Assembly: GCA_963677435.1 (NCBI GenBank) | Contig: OY781945.1 | Span: 128,001 to 192,000 of the forward strand | Origin: an uncultured Aliarcobacter sp. | Lineage (GTDB): Bacteria > Campylobacterota > Campylobacteria > Campylobacterales > Arcobacteraceae | Direction: 5' to 3' | Length of the DNA: 64,000 nt | Part shown: piece by piece, positions 50,900 through 61,513 of the stretch | Numbering within the stretch: the first letter of the stretch is position 1 | Layout of the letters: each line of letters starts with the position of its first letter | Notes under the pieces: generated by a model | Seen by the model: only the letters and a program-made list of their open reading frames with translations | Database searches by the model: none | Told to the model about the DNA's origin: nothing | Position numbers and translations under genes: made by a program

Positions 50900-52114
50900 G
50901 TGTTCCAAGAATTTGAATTTGAAAGAATGAAAAGACTTCCAAACTATGTGTTTGCAGAAGTTAACAATATTAAAATGGAAGCTAGACGAGCAGGGGAAGA
51001 TGTAATTGATTTCTCAATGGGAAATCCTGATGGTCCAGCACCACAACATATTACTGATAAATTAATTGAAGCAGCTAACAAACCAAAAAATCATGGTTAT
51101 AGTGCAAGTGCTGGGATTTATAAATTAAGACTAGCAATTTGTAATTGGTATAAAAGAAAATATAATGTTGATTATTTAGACCCAAATAAACACGCATGTG
51201 CAACAATGGGTTCAAAAGAGGGATATGTTCACTTAGTTCAAGCAATTGTAAATGTAGGAGATGTGGCTGTTGTTCCAGATCCAACATATCCAATTCACTC
51301 ATATGCATTTATGTTAAATGGGGCAGCTGTTCATAAGTTTGAATTAGGATTTGATGATACATTTAAAGTTGATGAAGATCTTTTCTTTGAAAGATTACAA
51401 AAAACAATTGATGAGTCAATTCCAAAAGTAAAATTTGTAGTTGTTAACTTCCCACATAATCCTACATGTGCTACTGTTACACCTGAGTTTTATACTAAAT
51501 TAGTTGCAATGGCAAAAAGAGAAAGATTCTATATTATCTCTGATATTGCTTATGCAGATATTACATTTGATGGATATAGAACTCCTTCTATTTTTGAAGC
51601 AGAAGGTGCACTTGATGTTGCAGTTGAATGTTTTACATTAAGTAAATCATACAATATGGCAGGATGGAGAGTTGGTTGTATTGTTGGAAATGAAAGACTA
51701 ATTGGTGCTTTAAAAAGAATCAAATCATGGCTTGATTATGGTATGTTTACACCAATTCAAATTGCTGCAACTGTAGCACTTGATGGTCCACAAGATTGTG
51801 TTGATGAGCATGTTGAGAAATATAGAAAAAGAAGAGATTTAATGCTTGAAACATTTGCAGAAGCAGGGTGGAAAATGAATAAACCTAATGCTTCAATGTT
51901 TATTTGGGCAAAAATTCCAGAATGTGCGGCACATTTAGGAAGTATGGAATTCTCTAAACAATTATTGACAGAAGCTCATGTAGCTGTAAGTCCTGGTATT
52001 GGATTTGGTCATTATGGTGACCAATATGTAAGAATTGCGCTAATTGAAAATGAAAAAAGAATTAGACAAGCTGCAAAAAATATAAAGAAATATTTAAAAT
52101 CATTAGAAAAATAG
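50900..52114 (+). CDS. class I PLP aminotransferase (AlaC/LL-DAP aminotransferase-like)
   Basis: IDFSMGNPD, NFPHNPT, SDIAY, LSKSYNMAGWRVG; upstream of hom. Confidence 0.9.
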   Translation: MFQEFEFERMKRLPNYVFAEVNNIKMEARRAGEDVIDFSMGNPDGPAPQHITDKLIEAANKPKNHGYSASAGIYKLRLAICNWYKRKYNVDYLDPNKHACATMGSKEGYVHLVQAIVNVGDVAVVPDPTYPIHSYAFMLNGAAVHKFELGFDDTFKVDEDLFFERLQKTIDESIPKVKFVVVNFPHNPTCATVTPEFYTKLVAMAKRERFYIISDIAYADITFDGYRTPSIFEAEGALDVAVECFTLSKSYNMAGWRVGCIVGNERLIGALKRIKSWLDYGMFTPIQIAATVALDGPQDCVDEHVEKYRKRRDLMLETFAEAGWKMNKPNASMFIWAKIPECAAHLGSMEFSKQLLTEAHVAVSPGIGFGHYGDQYVRIALIENEKRIRQAAKNIKKYLKSLEK

Positions 52115-52123
52115 GAATTAGTT

Positions 52124-53386
52124 ATGTTAAGAGTTGGAATTATTGGAGTTGGTACAGTTGGAGCTAGCGTTGCAAATATTTTAAGAGATAATAAAAATAT
52201 TATAACCGCAAGAGCTGGAAAAGAGATTGTACCCGTACTTGGAGTAGTTTCAAACTTACATAAAGCTAGAAATGTTGATATAAAATTAACTGATGATATT
52301 GATGATGTTTTAAATGATGATTCAATTGATGTTGTTGTTGAGTTAATGGGTGGAATTGATAAGCCAAATGAGATTGTTAGAAAAGCTTTATTAAAAGGTA
52401 AAGCAGTGGTTACTGCTAATAAAGCTCTTTTAGCCTATCACCGATATGAACTGCAAGAACTAGCTGGTGATATTCCCTTTGAATTTGAAGCAGCAGTTGC
52501 TGGTGGAATTCCAATAATCAATGCTCTAAGAGATGGATTAAGTGCAAATCATATTAAATCTATTCAAGGTATTATGAATGGAACTTGTAACTATATGCTA
52601 ACACGAATGATAAATGATGGTGTTGATTATTTAGAAATATTAAAAGAAGCACAAGAATTAGGTTATGCAGAAGCTGATCCAACTTTTGATGTTGGTGGAT
52701 TTGATGCTGCACATAAACTTTTAATTCTTGGATCTATCGCTTATGGAATTGATGTAAAACCTGAAGATATTTTAATAGAGGGAATTCAAAATATTACAAG
52801 TGCAGATATTGCGTTTGCTAAAGAGTTTGAATTTTCAATTAAATTATTAGGAATTGCAAAAAAAGTAGGAAATGAAGTTGAATTAAGAGTTCATCCTGTT
52901 TTAATTCCTGAAGATAAAATGATTGCAAAAGTAGATGGAGTTATGAATGGAATCTCTGTAATTGGAGATAAAGTTGGAGAAACTATGTTTTATGGAGCAG
53001 GAGCAGGTGGTGATGCAACAGCATCAGCAGTTGTTGCTAATCTAATTGACATTGCAAGAAAAGGGAAAGGTTCTCCAATGCTTGGTTTTGAAAATCAACC
53101 AGGTGAAAAAATAACTTTAATGTCAAAAGATAATATCAAAACAAAATATTATTTAAGACTTCTAGTTGCTGATAAATCAGGGACTTTAGCAAAAATTGCA
53201 ACTATCTTAGGTGAAAATTCAATTTCAATTGAAGCAATGATGCAAAAACCATTAAAAAATGGAAGTGCAAATTTACTTCTTACAACACATACATCAATTG
53301 AAAGAGATATTTTAAAAGCTATAAATGAGTTAGAAAATTCAGGCGTAGTTTTATGTAAACCAGCAATGATTAGGATTGAAGAGTAG
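52124..53386 (+). CDS. hom: homoserine dehydrogenase with ACT domain
   Basis: GVGTVG, VVTANK, EAAVAGGIP, GYAEADP..DV.G.DAAHK. Confidence 0.96.
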   Translation: MLRVGIIGVGTVGASVANILRDNKNIITARAGKEIVPVLGVVSNLHKARNVDIKLTDDIDDVLNDDSIDVVVELMGGIDKPNEIVRKALLKGKAVVTANKALLAYHRYELQELAGDIPFEFEAAVAGGIPIINALRDGLSANHIKSIQGIMNGTCNYMLTRMINDGVDYLEILKEAQELGYAEADPTFDVGGFDAAHKLLILGSIAYGIDVKPEDILIEGIQNITSADIAFAKEFEFSIKLLGIAKKVGNEVELRVHPVLIPEDKMIAKVDGVMNGISVIGDKVGETMFYGAGAGGDATASAVVANLIDIARKGKGSPMLGFENQPGEKITLMSKDNIKTKYYLRLLVADKSGTLAKIATILGENSISIEAMMQKPLKNGSANLLLTTHTSIERDILKAINELENSGVVLCKPAMIRIEE

Positions 53387-53404
53387 TAATCTACTCTTCA
53401 CAAA

Positions 53405-54763
53405 TTGAAAACTAACTCACAAAACCTAACCACTGAAAATATTCCAGTATTAATAAGACAATTAGCAATTCCTGCTAGTGTTGGAATGTTTTTTAATACA
53501 ATGTATAATGTTGTTGATACATTTTATGCAGGACTCATTTCAACCCAAGCAATATCTGCATTAACCCTATCTTTTATGATTTTTTTCTTAATTATTGGTT
53601 TTGGATATGGTTTTAGTTCAGCAATAACAGCACTTCTTGGAAATGCTCTTGGTAAAAAAAGATATAAATTAGCTTCAATTTATGCCCACAAAGGGCTTAT
53701 ATTTGTGCCAGTAATTGGGATAATTTTAACTATTCTTGGATATTTTGCTTCACCTTATCTTTTTATGCTTTTAGGGGCAAAAGATGAATATCTACAAATC
53801 TCTCTTGATTATATAAATACTATTTTATTTGGTTCTGTGTTTTTTATGTTTAACTTCTCTTTAAACTCAATATTGGTGGCCACTGGAGATACAAAATCTT
53901 ACAGAAATAGTTTAATATTTGGTTTTTTTGCAAATATAGTTTTAAATCCTATATTTATTTATGGCTTTTTATTTATTCCAGCACTTGGAATAAAAGGTCT
54001 TGCCCTTGCCACTGTTTTAATTCAAGTTGTAAATATGTTTTATCTGCTTTATAAAGTATTACAAACAAAACTTGTTAACTTTCAAAAGCTTGAATATTTT
54101 ATGCCAAACCTAAGAGTATATAAACTATTTATCACTCAAGGATTGCCAGCAAGTCTAAATATGCTTACAATGTCTATTGGTTCACTAATTCTTACTTATT
54201 TTGTCTCTCACTATGGCGTACAAGCTGTTGCAGGATATGGAATTGGGTATAGAGTAGAACAACTTATGCTTTTACCTGCACTTGGACTAAATACAGCGGT
54301 TTTAACCCTTGTATCAAATAACTTTGGGGCAAAAAAATATGATAGAGTTATTGAAACTTTAAAAGTCTCAATAAAGTATGGATTTATAATCTCAACAGTT
54401 GGAATAATATCTCTTACAATTTTAGGCAGATTCATAATCTCTTTATTTGATTCAAATCCTGTTGTTGTTGATTTTGGAGTGCATTATTTACTTGTTGAGA
54501 TTTGGATATTTTATGCTTATGTTGTTTTATTCATTTGTGTATCTACTCTTCAAGCAATAAAACAACCTAAAATGCTTTTATATATAGGACTTTATAGACA
54601 AATTTTTGCAAAACTTATTATTGCTTATTTCATTGTAAAATATTTCGAACTTGATTTTATCTATTTATGGTTTGGGATTTTATTTATGATTTATAGTGCT
54701 GCTATTTTTGCATATTTTTATACAAATGGCTTATTAAAAAAGATTTGTAACAAAAGTTTATAA
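53405..54763 (+). CDS. MATE family efflux transporter
   Basis: LAIPA..MYNVVDT, GDTK, LNPIFIYG, GI.G.ALAT; about 12 TM. Confidence 0.93.
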   Translation: MKTNSQNLTTENIPVLIRQLAIPASVGMFFNTMYNVVDTFYAGLISTQAISALTLSFMIFFLIIGFGYGFSSAITALLGNALGKKRYKLASIYAHKGLIFVPVIGIILTILGYFASPYLFMLLGAKDEYLQISLDYINTILFGSVFFMFNFSLNSILVATGDTKSYRNSLIFGFFANIVLNPIFIYGFLFIPALGIKGLALATVLIQVVNMFYLLYKVLQTKLVNFQKLEYFMPNLRVYKLFITQGLPASLNMLTMSIGSLILTYFVSHYGVQAVAGYGIGYRVEQLMLLPALGLNTAVLTLVSNNFGAKKYDRVIETLKVSIKYGFIISTVGIISLTILGRFIISLFDSNPVVVDFGVHYLLVEIWIFYAYVVLFICVSTLQAIKQPKMLLYIGLYRQIFAKLIIAYFIVKYFELDFIYLWFGILFMIYSAAIFAYFYTNGLLKKICNKSL

Positions 54764-54764
54764 A

Positions 54765-54787
54765 AAGAAGCCTTTAAAAGGCCTCTT
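54765..54787. terminator. hairpin between MATE gene and GKCG peptide gene
   Basis: AAGAAGCCTTT-a-AAAGGCCTCTT imperfect inverted repeat. Confidence 0.55.
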
Positions 54788-54792
54788 AATTA

Positions 54793-55128
54793 TTATTTAG
54801 ATCCACATTTTCCAGTTCCACAAGAACCACTTTTAGATTCGTCTTTCATGTGTTTTTTTGTATCTTTCATATCATTATTCATTTTTGACATATCATTTTT
54901 CATATCGCCACCACATTTTCCTGTACCACAAGAACCACTTTTTGTTTCAGCTTTCATATTAGCTCCACATTTACCAGTTCCACAAGAAGCACCTTTTTTA
55001 TCCATCATCTCTTTTTTCATATCACCACCACATTTACCAGTTGCAGTTGAACTATCAGCCGCAAATGCAGATGTTGTTGCAAGTAATGCACCTAAAAATA
55101 AGCCAGCTAATTTTGTTTTCATATTCAT
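54793..55128 (-). CDS. secreted Cys/Met-rich low-complexity GKCG-repeat protein (HvfA/oxazolin-like precursor)
   Basis: AAGGA RBS, signal peptide AFA, four TGKCG repeats (three as SCGTGKCG). Confidence 0.8.
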   Translation of the reverse strand: MNMKTKLAGLFLGALLATTSAFAADSSTATGKCGGDMKKEMMDKKGASCGTGKCGANMKAETKSGSCGTGKCGGDMKNDMSKMNNDMKDTKKHMKDESKSGSCGTGKCGSK

Positions 55129-55177
55129 TTTATATCCTTGATTTTAATTTGATTAGTGTAAGTATAATCTAAAATTA

Positions 55178-55756
55178 TTACTTTTCTACCGCTTCCACAT
55201 CTACAGCAATTTTAACTTCTTCAGCAACTGCAACACCACCTAGTTCTAAAGCTTTGTTCCATTTTAAATCATAATCCATTCTATTGATTTTTCCTTTTAA
55301 AGAAAAACCAACTCTTTTATTTCCTTGGAAATCTTTTACTGTTCCTAGATCTTCAACATTGAATACTACTGGTTTTGTTATACCTCTAATTGTTAAATCT
55401 CCACTCATTTTCCCATCAGTTCCATCTGCTTTATAAGATTTCATAACAAATGTCATTTTGGGAAATTTTTCGCTTAAAAAGAAGTCTTCACTTTTTAAGT
55501 GAGCATCTCTTTTTTCAATTCCTGTATCCACAGATGCTGTATCAACATTTGCGCTAAATTCTTTAAATGTTTTAGTTGCTTCATCAAAATCAACTTTTGC
55601 ATCAAATGTTTTGAATTCTCCTTTTACATTTGTAATCATTAAATGTTTAACCGAAAAGCCAACTGTTGTGTGAGCATCATCAATACTATATTCAGATGCA
55701 TTTGCTAAGCCAAAACTTAAAATTAAAGCACTAGCTATTTTTGCGATAGATTTCAT
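55178..55756 (-). CDS. YceI family protein (third, divergent paralogue)
   Basis: VGFSVKHL, RDAHLKSEDFF, GDLTIRGITK, INRMDY. Confidence 0.92.
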   Translation of the reverse strand: MKSIAKIASALILSFGLANASEYSIDDAHTTVGFSVKHLMITNVKGEFKTFDAKVDFDEATKTFKEFSANVDTASVDTGIEKRDAHLKSEDFFLSEKFPKMTFVMKSYKADGTDGKMSGDLTIRGITKPVVFNVEDLGTVKDFQGNKRVGFSLKGKINRMDYDLKWNKALELGGVAVAEEVKIAVDVEAVEK

Positions 55757-55761
55757 AATTA

Positions 55762-58700
55762 TTATCCTTTTTTGAAGATATTGAATTTTATATTTTTTTT
55801 GTTTATTAAATGTGTAGGCTTAATATTTATTATATAAAAAATTGCTGGAATAATAATCAATGTTAAGAAAGTTGATGTAACCATTCCTCCAATCATTGGA
55901 GCTGCAATTCTTTGCATAACTTCACTTCCAACACCATGAATATACATAATAGGGATTAATCCTCCTAAAATTGTAAATAATGTCATAAGCTTTGGTCTAA
56001 GCCTTAATACTGCACCTTTATAAATAGCTGTTGAAATTTCTTTATTTGAACAATTTGTGCAATTTTGTTTTAGTTCTATCATTGCTTCATGTAAATATAC
56101 AAGCATTACAATTGATGTCTCTGAAGCAACTCCTAGTAGGGCTAGGAATCCAACAATTACTGCAATTGAAATATTAAAGTTAAGATAATCTAAATAAAAT
56201 ATTCCTCCTGTTAATGCAAAGGGAAGGGTGAAAAATATAATTAATGTATATGTCATATTTTTCAATGCTAAATATATTAGTATAAATATAATCATCAAAG
56301 TTAAAGGAATAATATAAAGCAATTTTTTCATTGCAGATTCTAAATATTCACTTTGTCCTGCCCATTCAAAATAGTAACCATCTGGTAACTCAATATTTTT
56401 TAGCAATTCCTTTGCTTCATCTTTATATTGTTTAGTTGAAACACCATCATTTGGTGTTATATAGATAAAGTTTACATTTAAAGCCTTTTCAGATTTAATA
56501 ACAGATGGTCCCTCTTCATATTTTAAATTAGCAAATAATCTTAATGGCTGAAAACCTAATTTAGTTTTAATTTGAAGATTATTCAAAGTTGTTAAATCTT
56601 CCCTTTGATTTGATTCAAATCTAAGACTTATTGGATATCTTTCTAACTTATCAAAGAAAGTTGATATTTGTGTTCCGCCAACTCCTAAAGAGATAGTTTC
56701 TAATATATCATTTTTACTAATTCCATATCTTGAAATCATCTCCTCATTAATATCAATATTTAAATAATATCCTGAGTTAATTTTGTCAGAAGATACAGAT
56801 AAAGTTCCCTTATATTTTCTTAACTCTTTTTCAATTTTTGTAGCTGTTTCTTCCAACACTTTATGATCATTTCCATAAAGTTTTATTCCAAGAGGAGTTC
56901 TAATACCTGTTAAAAGCATATCAATTCTACCTCTAATTGGATATGTCCATGAATTAATTAGCCCATTAACTTGAAGTTTTTTATCCATTTCATCCATTAG
57001 TTTTTTATATGTCATTCCCTCTCTCCACTGATCTTGTGGTTTGAAAGTTACTATTGTTTCAATCATCGCAAGTGGTGCCGGATCCGTTGCTGTTTGTGCT
57101 CGTCCAACTTTTGCAAAAGCTGTTTGCACTTCTGGGAATGATTTTAAAACCATATTTGTTTTCTGTGCTAACTCTTTTGCTAAATCAATTCCTATTCCAT
57201 AAGGAGTTACAGGCATGTACATAAAAGTTTGTTCATTCATCATAGGCATAAATTCCCAGTTTTGTTTTTCATAAACTGTAAATGCAAAAACTACAGTTGC
57301 TATATAAATGGCTACTATTAAATATCTAAATTTCAATGCTGCTTTTAATAAAGGAGAATAAATATTAATAAAAAACTTGTTTAATATATTTCTATCTTCT
57401 GCCATAATTTTTCCACGAATTAAAAAAACCATTAAAATAGGAACTATTGTTATTGATAAAATTGCTCCCGTCATCATCGCAAAAGATTTTGTAAATGCAA
57501 GTGGAGTAAACAATCGTCCTTCTTGTCCAGTTAGAGCAAAAATTGGTAAAAATGAAACCACAACTAATATTAAAGCAAAAAAGATTGGGCGACCTACTTG
57601 TTTCGCTGATTTTATTATTATTGCAGTTCTCTCTTCATTTGAAATATTCTCTTTTCCTTGCAGATATTTGTGGGCATTTTCAACCATAACAATTGTGGCA
57701 TCAACCATTGCTCCAATGGCTATTGCAATTCCTCCCAAACTCATAATATTTGAGCCTATTCCAAAAAGCTTCATCAATAAAAAGCTAATTAATACAGTTA
57801 TTGGAAGAGTTATGATTATTATCAAAGCTGATCTAAAATGAAATAAAAATAGTCCGGAAATAATGGCTACTATAATTGATTCTTCTACTAAAGTATGTTT
57901 TAAAGTATCAATTGCTTTATCTATTAGTGATGTTCTATCATAAACTTCTACAACTTCAACATCAGGTATTTGCAAAGTTTTTAATTTCTCTTTTACTGCT
58001 TTTATTACAGCATAAGGATTCTCACCATATCTAACAACAACGATTCCGCCAACTGTTTCTCCTTCACCATTTAAATCAACCATCCCTCTTCTTGGTGTTG
58101 ATGTAATTTTTATATCTGATATATCTTTTATTTTTAATGGTATATTGTTTAATGTTTTAATTGTAATATTTTCAATATCATCTATAGATTTTAAGTAACC
58201 ACGAGCGGTAATGATATTCTCATAACCTTTTTCTAAAATTATTCCTCCACCTAAATCATTATTATTTGCTTGAATAATCTTTTTTATATCATCTATACCT
58301 AAATCATATTGTACTAATTTATCTTGATTTAAAGTAATCTCATAATTTTTAATATATCCGCCAATAGAGGCTATCTCACTAACTCCATCTACTCCTAAAA
58401 GGGCATATTTGTAATAATAATCTTGTAGAGTTCGCAACTGCTCTAAACTTTTTGTTTTTGATTTTAGTGCATATTCATAAGCCCAACCAACACCCGTTGC
58501 ATCTGGTCCTAATTGAACAGTTGCACCTGTTGGAAAAGTACCTTGTAGTGTTGAAAGTTGCTCTAAAACTCTACTTCTTGAATCATAAATATCTGTTCCA
58601 TCTTTGAAAATAATATATATCATTGCATTTGAAAAAGAGCTCATTGCTCTAACTGTTTGAATATTTGGCAAACTCATCAGATTTGAGATTAGTGGATATG

Positions 58701-58896
58701 ATATTTGCTCTTCGATTGTTTTAGGACTTTGCCCATTCCATTCAACTTGAACTATAACTTGAGGAGGAGATAAGTCGGGTAGGGCATCTAAATTTGTATT
58801 TTTAACTGCCCAAAATGATGATATTGTTAATATTCCTACGAAAAAGAGTACTAAAAATTTATTTCTTATACTATATGCAATTATACTTTCTACCAT
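55762..58896 (-). CDS. cusA: CusA/CzcA heavy-metal RND permease
   Basis: LDALPDLSP, LGPDATGVGW, NIMSLGGIAIAIGAMVDA, ATDPAPL.MIET, RLRPKLMT; ATG at 58896. Confidence 0.93.
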   Translation of the reverse strand: MVESIIAYSIRNKFLVLFFVGILTISSFWAVKNTNLDALPDLSPPQVIVQVEWNGQSPKTIEEQISYPLISNLMSLPNIQTVRAMSSFSNAMIYIIFKDGTDIYDSRSRVLEQLSTLQGTFPTGATVQLGPDATGVGWAYEYALKSKTKSLEQLRTLQDYYYKYALLGVDGVSEIASIGGYIKNYEITLNQDKLVQYDLGIDDIKKIIQANNNDLGGGIILEKGYENIITARGYLKSIDDIENITIKTLNNIPLKIKDISDIKITSTPRRGMVDLNGEGETVGGIVVVRYGENPYAVIKAVKEKLKTLQIPDVEVVEVYDRTSLIDKAIDTLKHTLVEESIIVAIISGLFLFHFRSALIIIITLPITVLISFLLMKLFGIGSNIMSLGGIAIAIGAMVDATIVMVENAHKYLQGKENISNEERTAIIIKSAKQVGRPIFFALILVVVSFLPIFALTGQEGRLFTPLAFTKSFAMMTGAILSITIVPILMVFLIRGKIMAEDRNILNKFFINIYSPLLKAALKFRYLIVAIYIATVVFAFTVYEKQNWEFMPMMNEQTFMYMPVTPYGIGIDLAKELAQKTNMVLKSFPEVQTAFAKVGRAQTATDPAPLAMIETIVTFKPQDQWREGMTYKKLMDEMDKKLQVNGLINSWTYPIRGRIDMLLTGIRTPLGIKLYGNDHKVLEETATKIEKELRKYKGTLSVSSDKINSGYYLNIDINEEMISRYGISKNDILETISLGVGGTQISTFFDKLERYPISLRFESNQREDLTTLNNLQIKTKLGFQPLRLFANLKYEEGPSVIKSEKALNVNFIYITPNDGVSTKQYKDEAKELLKNIELPDGYYFEWAGQSEYLESAMKKLLYIIPLTLMIIFILIYLALKNMTYTLIIFFTLPFALTGGIFYLDYLNFNISIAVIVGFLALLGVASETSIVMLVYLHEAMIELKQNCTNCSNKEISTAIYKGAVLRLRPKLMTLFTILGGLIPIMYIHGVGSEVMQRIAAPMIGGMVTSTFLTLIIIPAIFYIINIKPTHLINKKNIKFNIFKKG

Positions 58897-58901
58897 AACT
58901 A

Positions 58902-59906
58902 TTACCAATCCTCATCATCAGATTGATACAATGAATTTGTAACAGCATCTGAATCTAAGAGAAACAGTGCATTATTAATTACTTCATCATTTTCTTCTAA
59001 ACCACTTAATATCTCATACTTATTTGAAGATATTCTTTTAGCCTTTATTTTCATAGGTTCAAACTCTCCATTTTCTAGAGGTTTAAATACATAAAAATCA
59101 TTTGCTTTTTTAAGTACTGCTGTTTTTGGTAAAGTTAACATTACATCTTTTTTCACACTAATATCAGCTTTTCCAAACATGCTAGGAATTAGTTTTAAAT
59201 CTTTATTATCTAAAACAAATCTAACATCAACTGTTTTAGTTTTTTCATCAAAAATAGGATAAACAAAATCAACTTTTGAACTAATCTTTTCATCTATTCC
59301 ATCAATACTTATAATTGCATCTTTTTGTTTTTTTACATATTCCAAATCACTTTGATAAACAGATGCTATAAACCAGATTTTGTCCAAAGAAGCTAACTGT
59401 AAAAGTAATTTCCCTTTATTTACTGCACTTGTTTGATTTATACTTTTTTCTATTAACAATCCATTTATTGGTGAACTTACAGTTATACCAGTTGAGTTGA
59501 TTTTTCCCTCTTTTATTCTTTGTTGCTCAGCTTTTGAAATATCTAAATTATCTAATTTTGATAAGGTACTTTTATATATGTTAGTATTTAAACCTTTTGC
59601 AATTTCTAACTCATTTTGAATAGATAAAATATCTTGTGAATAAATAGAGTATAAAGGTTCCCCTTTTTTTATTGTCATATATTTGTTATTTGCATTTAAT
59701 TTTGTAATAAATCCATCAAATCTACTTACAATATCAGTTAAAGAAGATTCATCTATCTTTGTAAGCCCATAGAAGCTCTTATTAATTGAGATTTCTTCTT
59801 TTTTTACCTTAGTTGTTGTTTTATTAAATAATTGCTTTGCGTCTATTATTTGTGCTTGTACAAATGCACTAAAAAGTAGGGTGCATATAACTATATTTTT
59901 AATCAT
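58902..59906 (-). CDS. cusB: CusB/CzcB RND periplasmic adaptor
   Basis: SRFDGFITKL, KGEPLYSIYS, SPINGL, VDFVYP, LFLLDSDA. Confidence 0.88.
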   Translation of the reverse strand: MIKNIVICTLLFSAFVQAQIIDAKQLFNKTTTKVKKEEISINKSFYGLTKIDESSLTDIVSRFDGFITKLNANNKYMTIKKGEPLYSIYSQDILSIQNELEIAKGLNTNIYKSTLSKLDNLDISKAEQQRIKEGKINSTGITVSSPINGLLIEKSINQTSAVNKGKLLLQLASLDKIWFIASVYQSDLEYVKKQKDAIISIDGIDEKISSKVDFVYPIFDEKTKTVDVRFVLDNKDLKLIPSMFGKADISVKKDVMLTLPKTAVLKKANDFYVFKPLENGEFEPMKIKAKRISSNKYEILSGLEENDEVINNALFLLDSDAVTNSLYQSDDEDW

Positions 59907-61102
59907 TTTATACCTTTATTTGTAAAATATAGAAGTTGTGAATAATTCTCATAATATTTTTGCAATTCATCTAAAGCTTTTGTTTCATAAGAAATTAACT
60001 CATTTAAATTTGAAATACTCTCTTGTGGTTTTATTAATTCAAAACTATTATAGTTTTCAATATTTTTCTGAATTTTTTGTTTTAATGGAATTATCTCTTG
60101 TTGAATTAATTTATAATTTTCATATGAATTATTCAAACTATTTTTTAGCATTTGAGTTTGAAGTAGGAAATTATGTTTTAATTGCTCCAACTTGTCATTT
60201 GTTTCATTTGCATCCATTTTTGCTTGTAATTTAGCCGTATTTTCCGTATTATAAATAGGAAGAGGAATACTAACAGCCACATTTACATAATCATTGAATT
60301 TATCATCTCTTTGAAAATATGCAAGACTCACTTGAACATCAGGTATTTTCTTTGCACTTTCAAATTTAGCAATTTCATTTGATTTTTTTGCACTCTCTTC
60401 TAAAACTTTAAATTTTGGATGTTCGGGATTATCTAATAACAAATCAATTTTTTTTATATCTATTTTTTCATCTATATGATCAATTTTTAAAAATGTGATT
60501 TGCTCTAATTTCAAATAAAAATTATCAATCAAATTTTTTAGTTTTTGTTTTTCTAAGTTAATATTTAAAGATGATATTTGTGAATTTAATATCTCGTTTT
60601 GTGTAGCTTTTTGGTATTTATATAAAGAAGTATATAAACTTTCTAACTTTTTTACATTCTGCTCATAAGAATCTAAAAGTTTATATTTTTCTTCTGATAT
60701 TAAAATATCATAGGCATATTCATATATCTTTGACTCTAATTCAAGTTTTTTATCTTCTAAATCTTCTATCTTAATATTTTTATCATTTTTTGCAATAGAT
60801 TCTTTTATGTCAAGTTTAGATGCTGTTGGTATAACCTGTGAAATTCCTACAAAAGAGGCTTGCATTGCCTCTTTGTTTCTTGAAGATAAATCATTTATCC
60901 ATAAATCATTTAGACCAAATGATAATATTGGATTTTGCCAATTTTTTGACAAAGATATTTGATGATTTGCAATATTAATTGATTTTTCTAAACTTTTCAA
61001 GTCATAATTATTTTCAAAACTATTTTTTACCAATTCATCTATTGTTGTTGCACTTAAAAGTGAGATAGCTAGCGATGAGCTTAGTAATATTCTTTTTAAC
61101 AT
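59903..61102 (-). CDS. TolC-family outer membrane protein (CrdB-like)
   Basis: signal peptide, NP.LSFG, GISQVIP, IPDVQV, SIPLPIY. Confidence 0.85.
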   Translation of the reverse strand: MLKRILLSSSLAISLLSATTIDELVKNSFENNYDLKSLEKSINIANHQISLSKNWQNPILSFGLNDLWINDLSSRNKEAMQASFVGISQVIPTASKLDIKESIAKNDKNIKIEDLEDKKLELESKIYEYAYDILISEEKYKLLDSYEQNVKKLESLYTSLYKYQKATQNEILNSQISSLNINLEKQKLKNLIDNFYLKLEQITFLKIDHIDEKIDIKKIDLLLDNPEHPKFKVLEESAKKSNEIAKFESAKKIPDVQVSLAYFQRDDKFNDYVNVAVSIPLPIYNTENTAKLQAKMDANETNDKLEQLKHNFLLQTQMLKNSLNNSYENYKLIQQEIIPLKQKIQKNIENYNSFELIKPQESISNLNELISYETKALDELQKYYENYSQLLYFTNKGIK

Positions 61103-61485
61103 TATAAGTTTACACTACCTTTTACTATGTGAACAACACCATCATCAGTCTTAAATTTTAATTGATATTGCCATGTTCCACTCATCGGAAGATTTATATT
61201 CATTTTAAATTTTCCATCAGTTAAAACACCATTATCTTCTGATTCCATATATGGCATTCCTGGCATTTCAGGCATAAAGAATTTTGCTTTTACTTTTGCT
61301 GTATCAATCACTTTTGAATCTTTTAATAACTCAACAAACAACTCATTATTTCCAACTATTAATGAATTTGATGAACTTAATTTCACATCATAGCCATCTT
61401 TTTGTCCATTTTGCTCTAAAAGTTCCGCATGTAAAAACCCAAATGTAAGGAAAAGTCCTAAAACTATTTTGATAAAATTTTTCAT
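61102..61485 (-). CDS. crdA: CrdA/FixH/YtkA-like periplasmic copper-resistance protein
   Basis: signal peptide, FMPEMPGMPYM, LPMSGTWQ as in Helicobacter CrdA; first gene of the efflux operon. Confidence 0.78.
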   Translation of the reverse strand: MKNFIKIVLGLFLTFGFLHAELLEQNGQKDGYDVKLSSSNSLIVGNNELFVELLKDSKVIDTAKVKAKFFMPEMPGMPYMESEDNGVLTDGKFKMNINLPMSGTWQYQLKFKTDDGVVHIVKGSVNL

Positions 61486-61513
61486 ATATACTCCAATGTA
61501 ATAAATTGCTTGT

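Noticed and set aside
54848..55141. Plus-strand ORF with PHFPVPQE repeats
   Set aside because: Antisense mirror of the GKCG-repeat gene, which has the RBS, signal peptide and operon orientation
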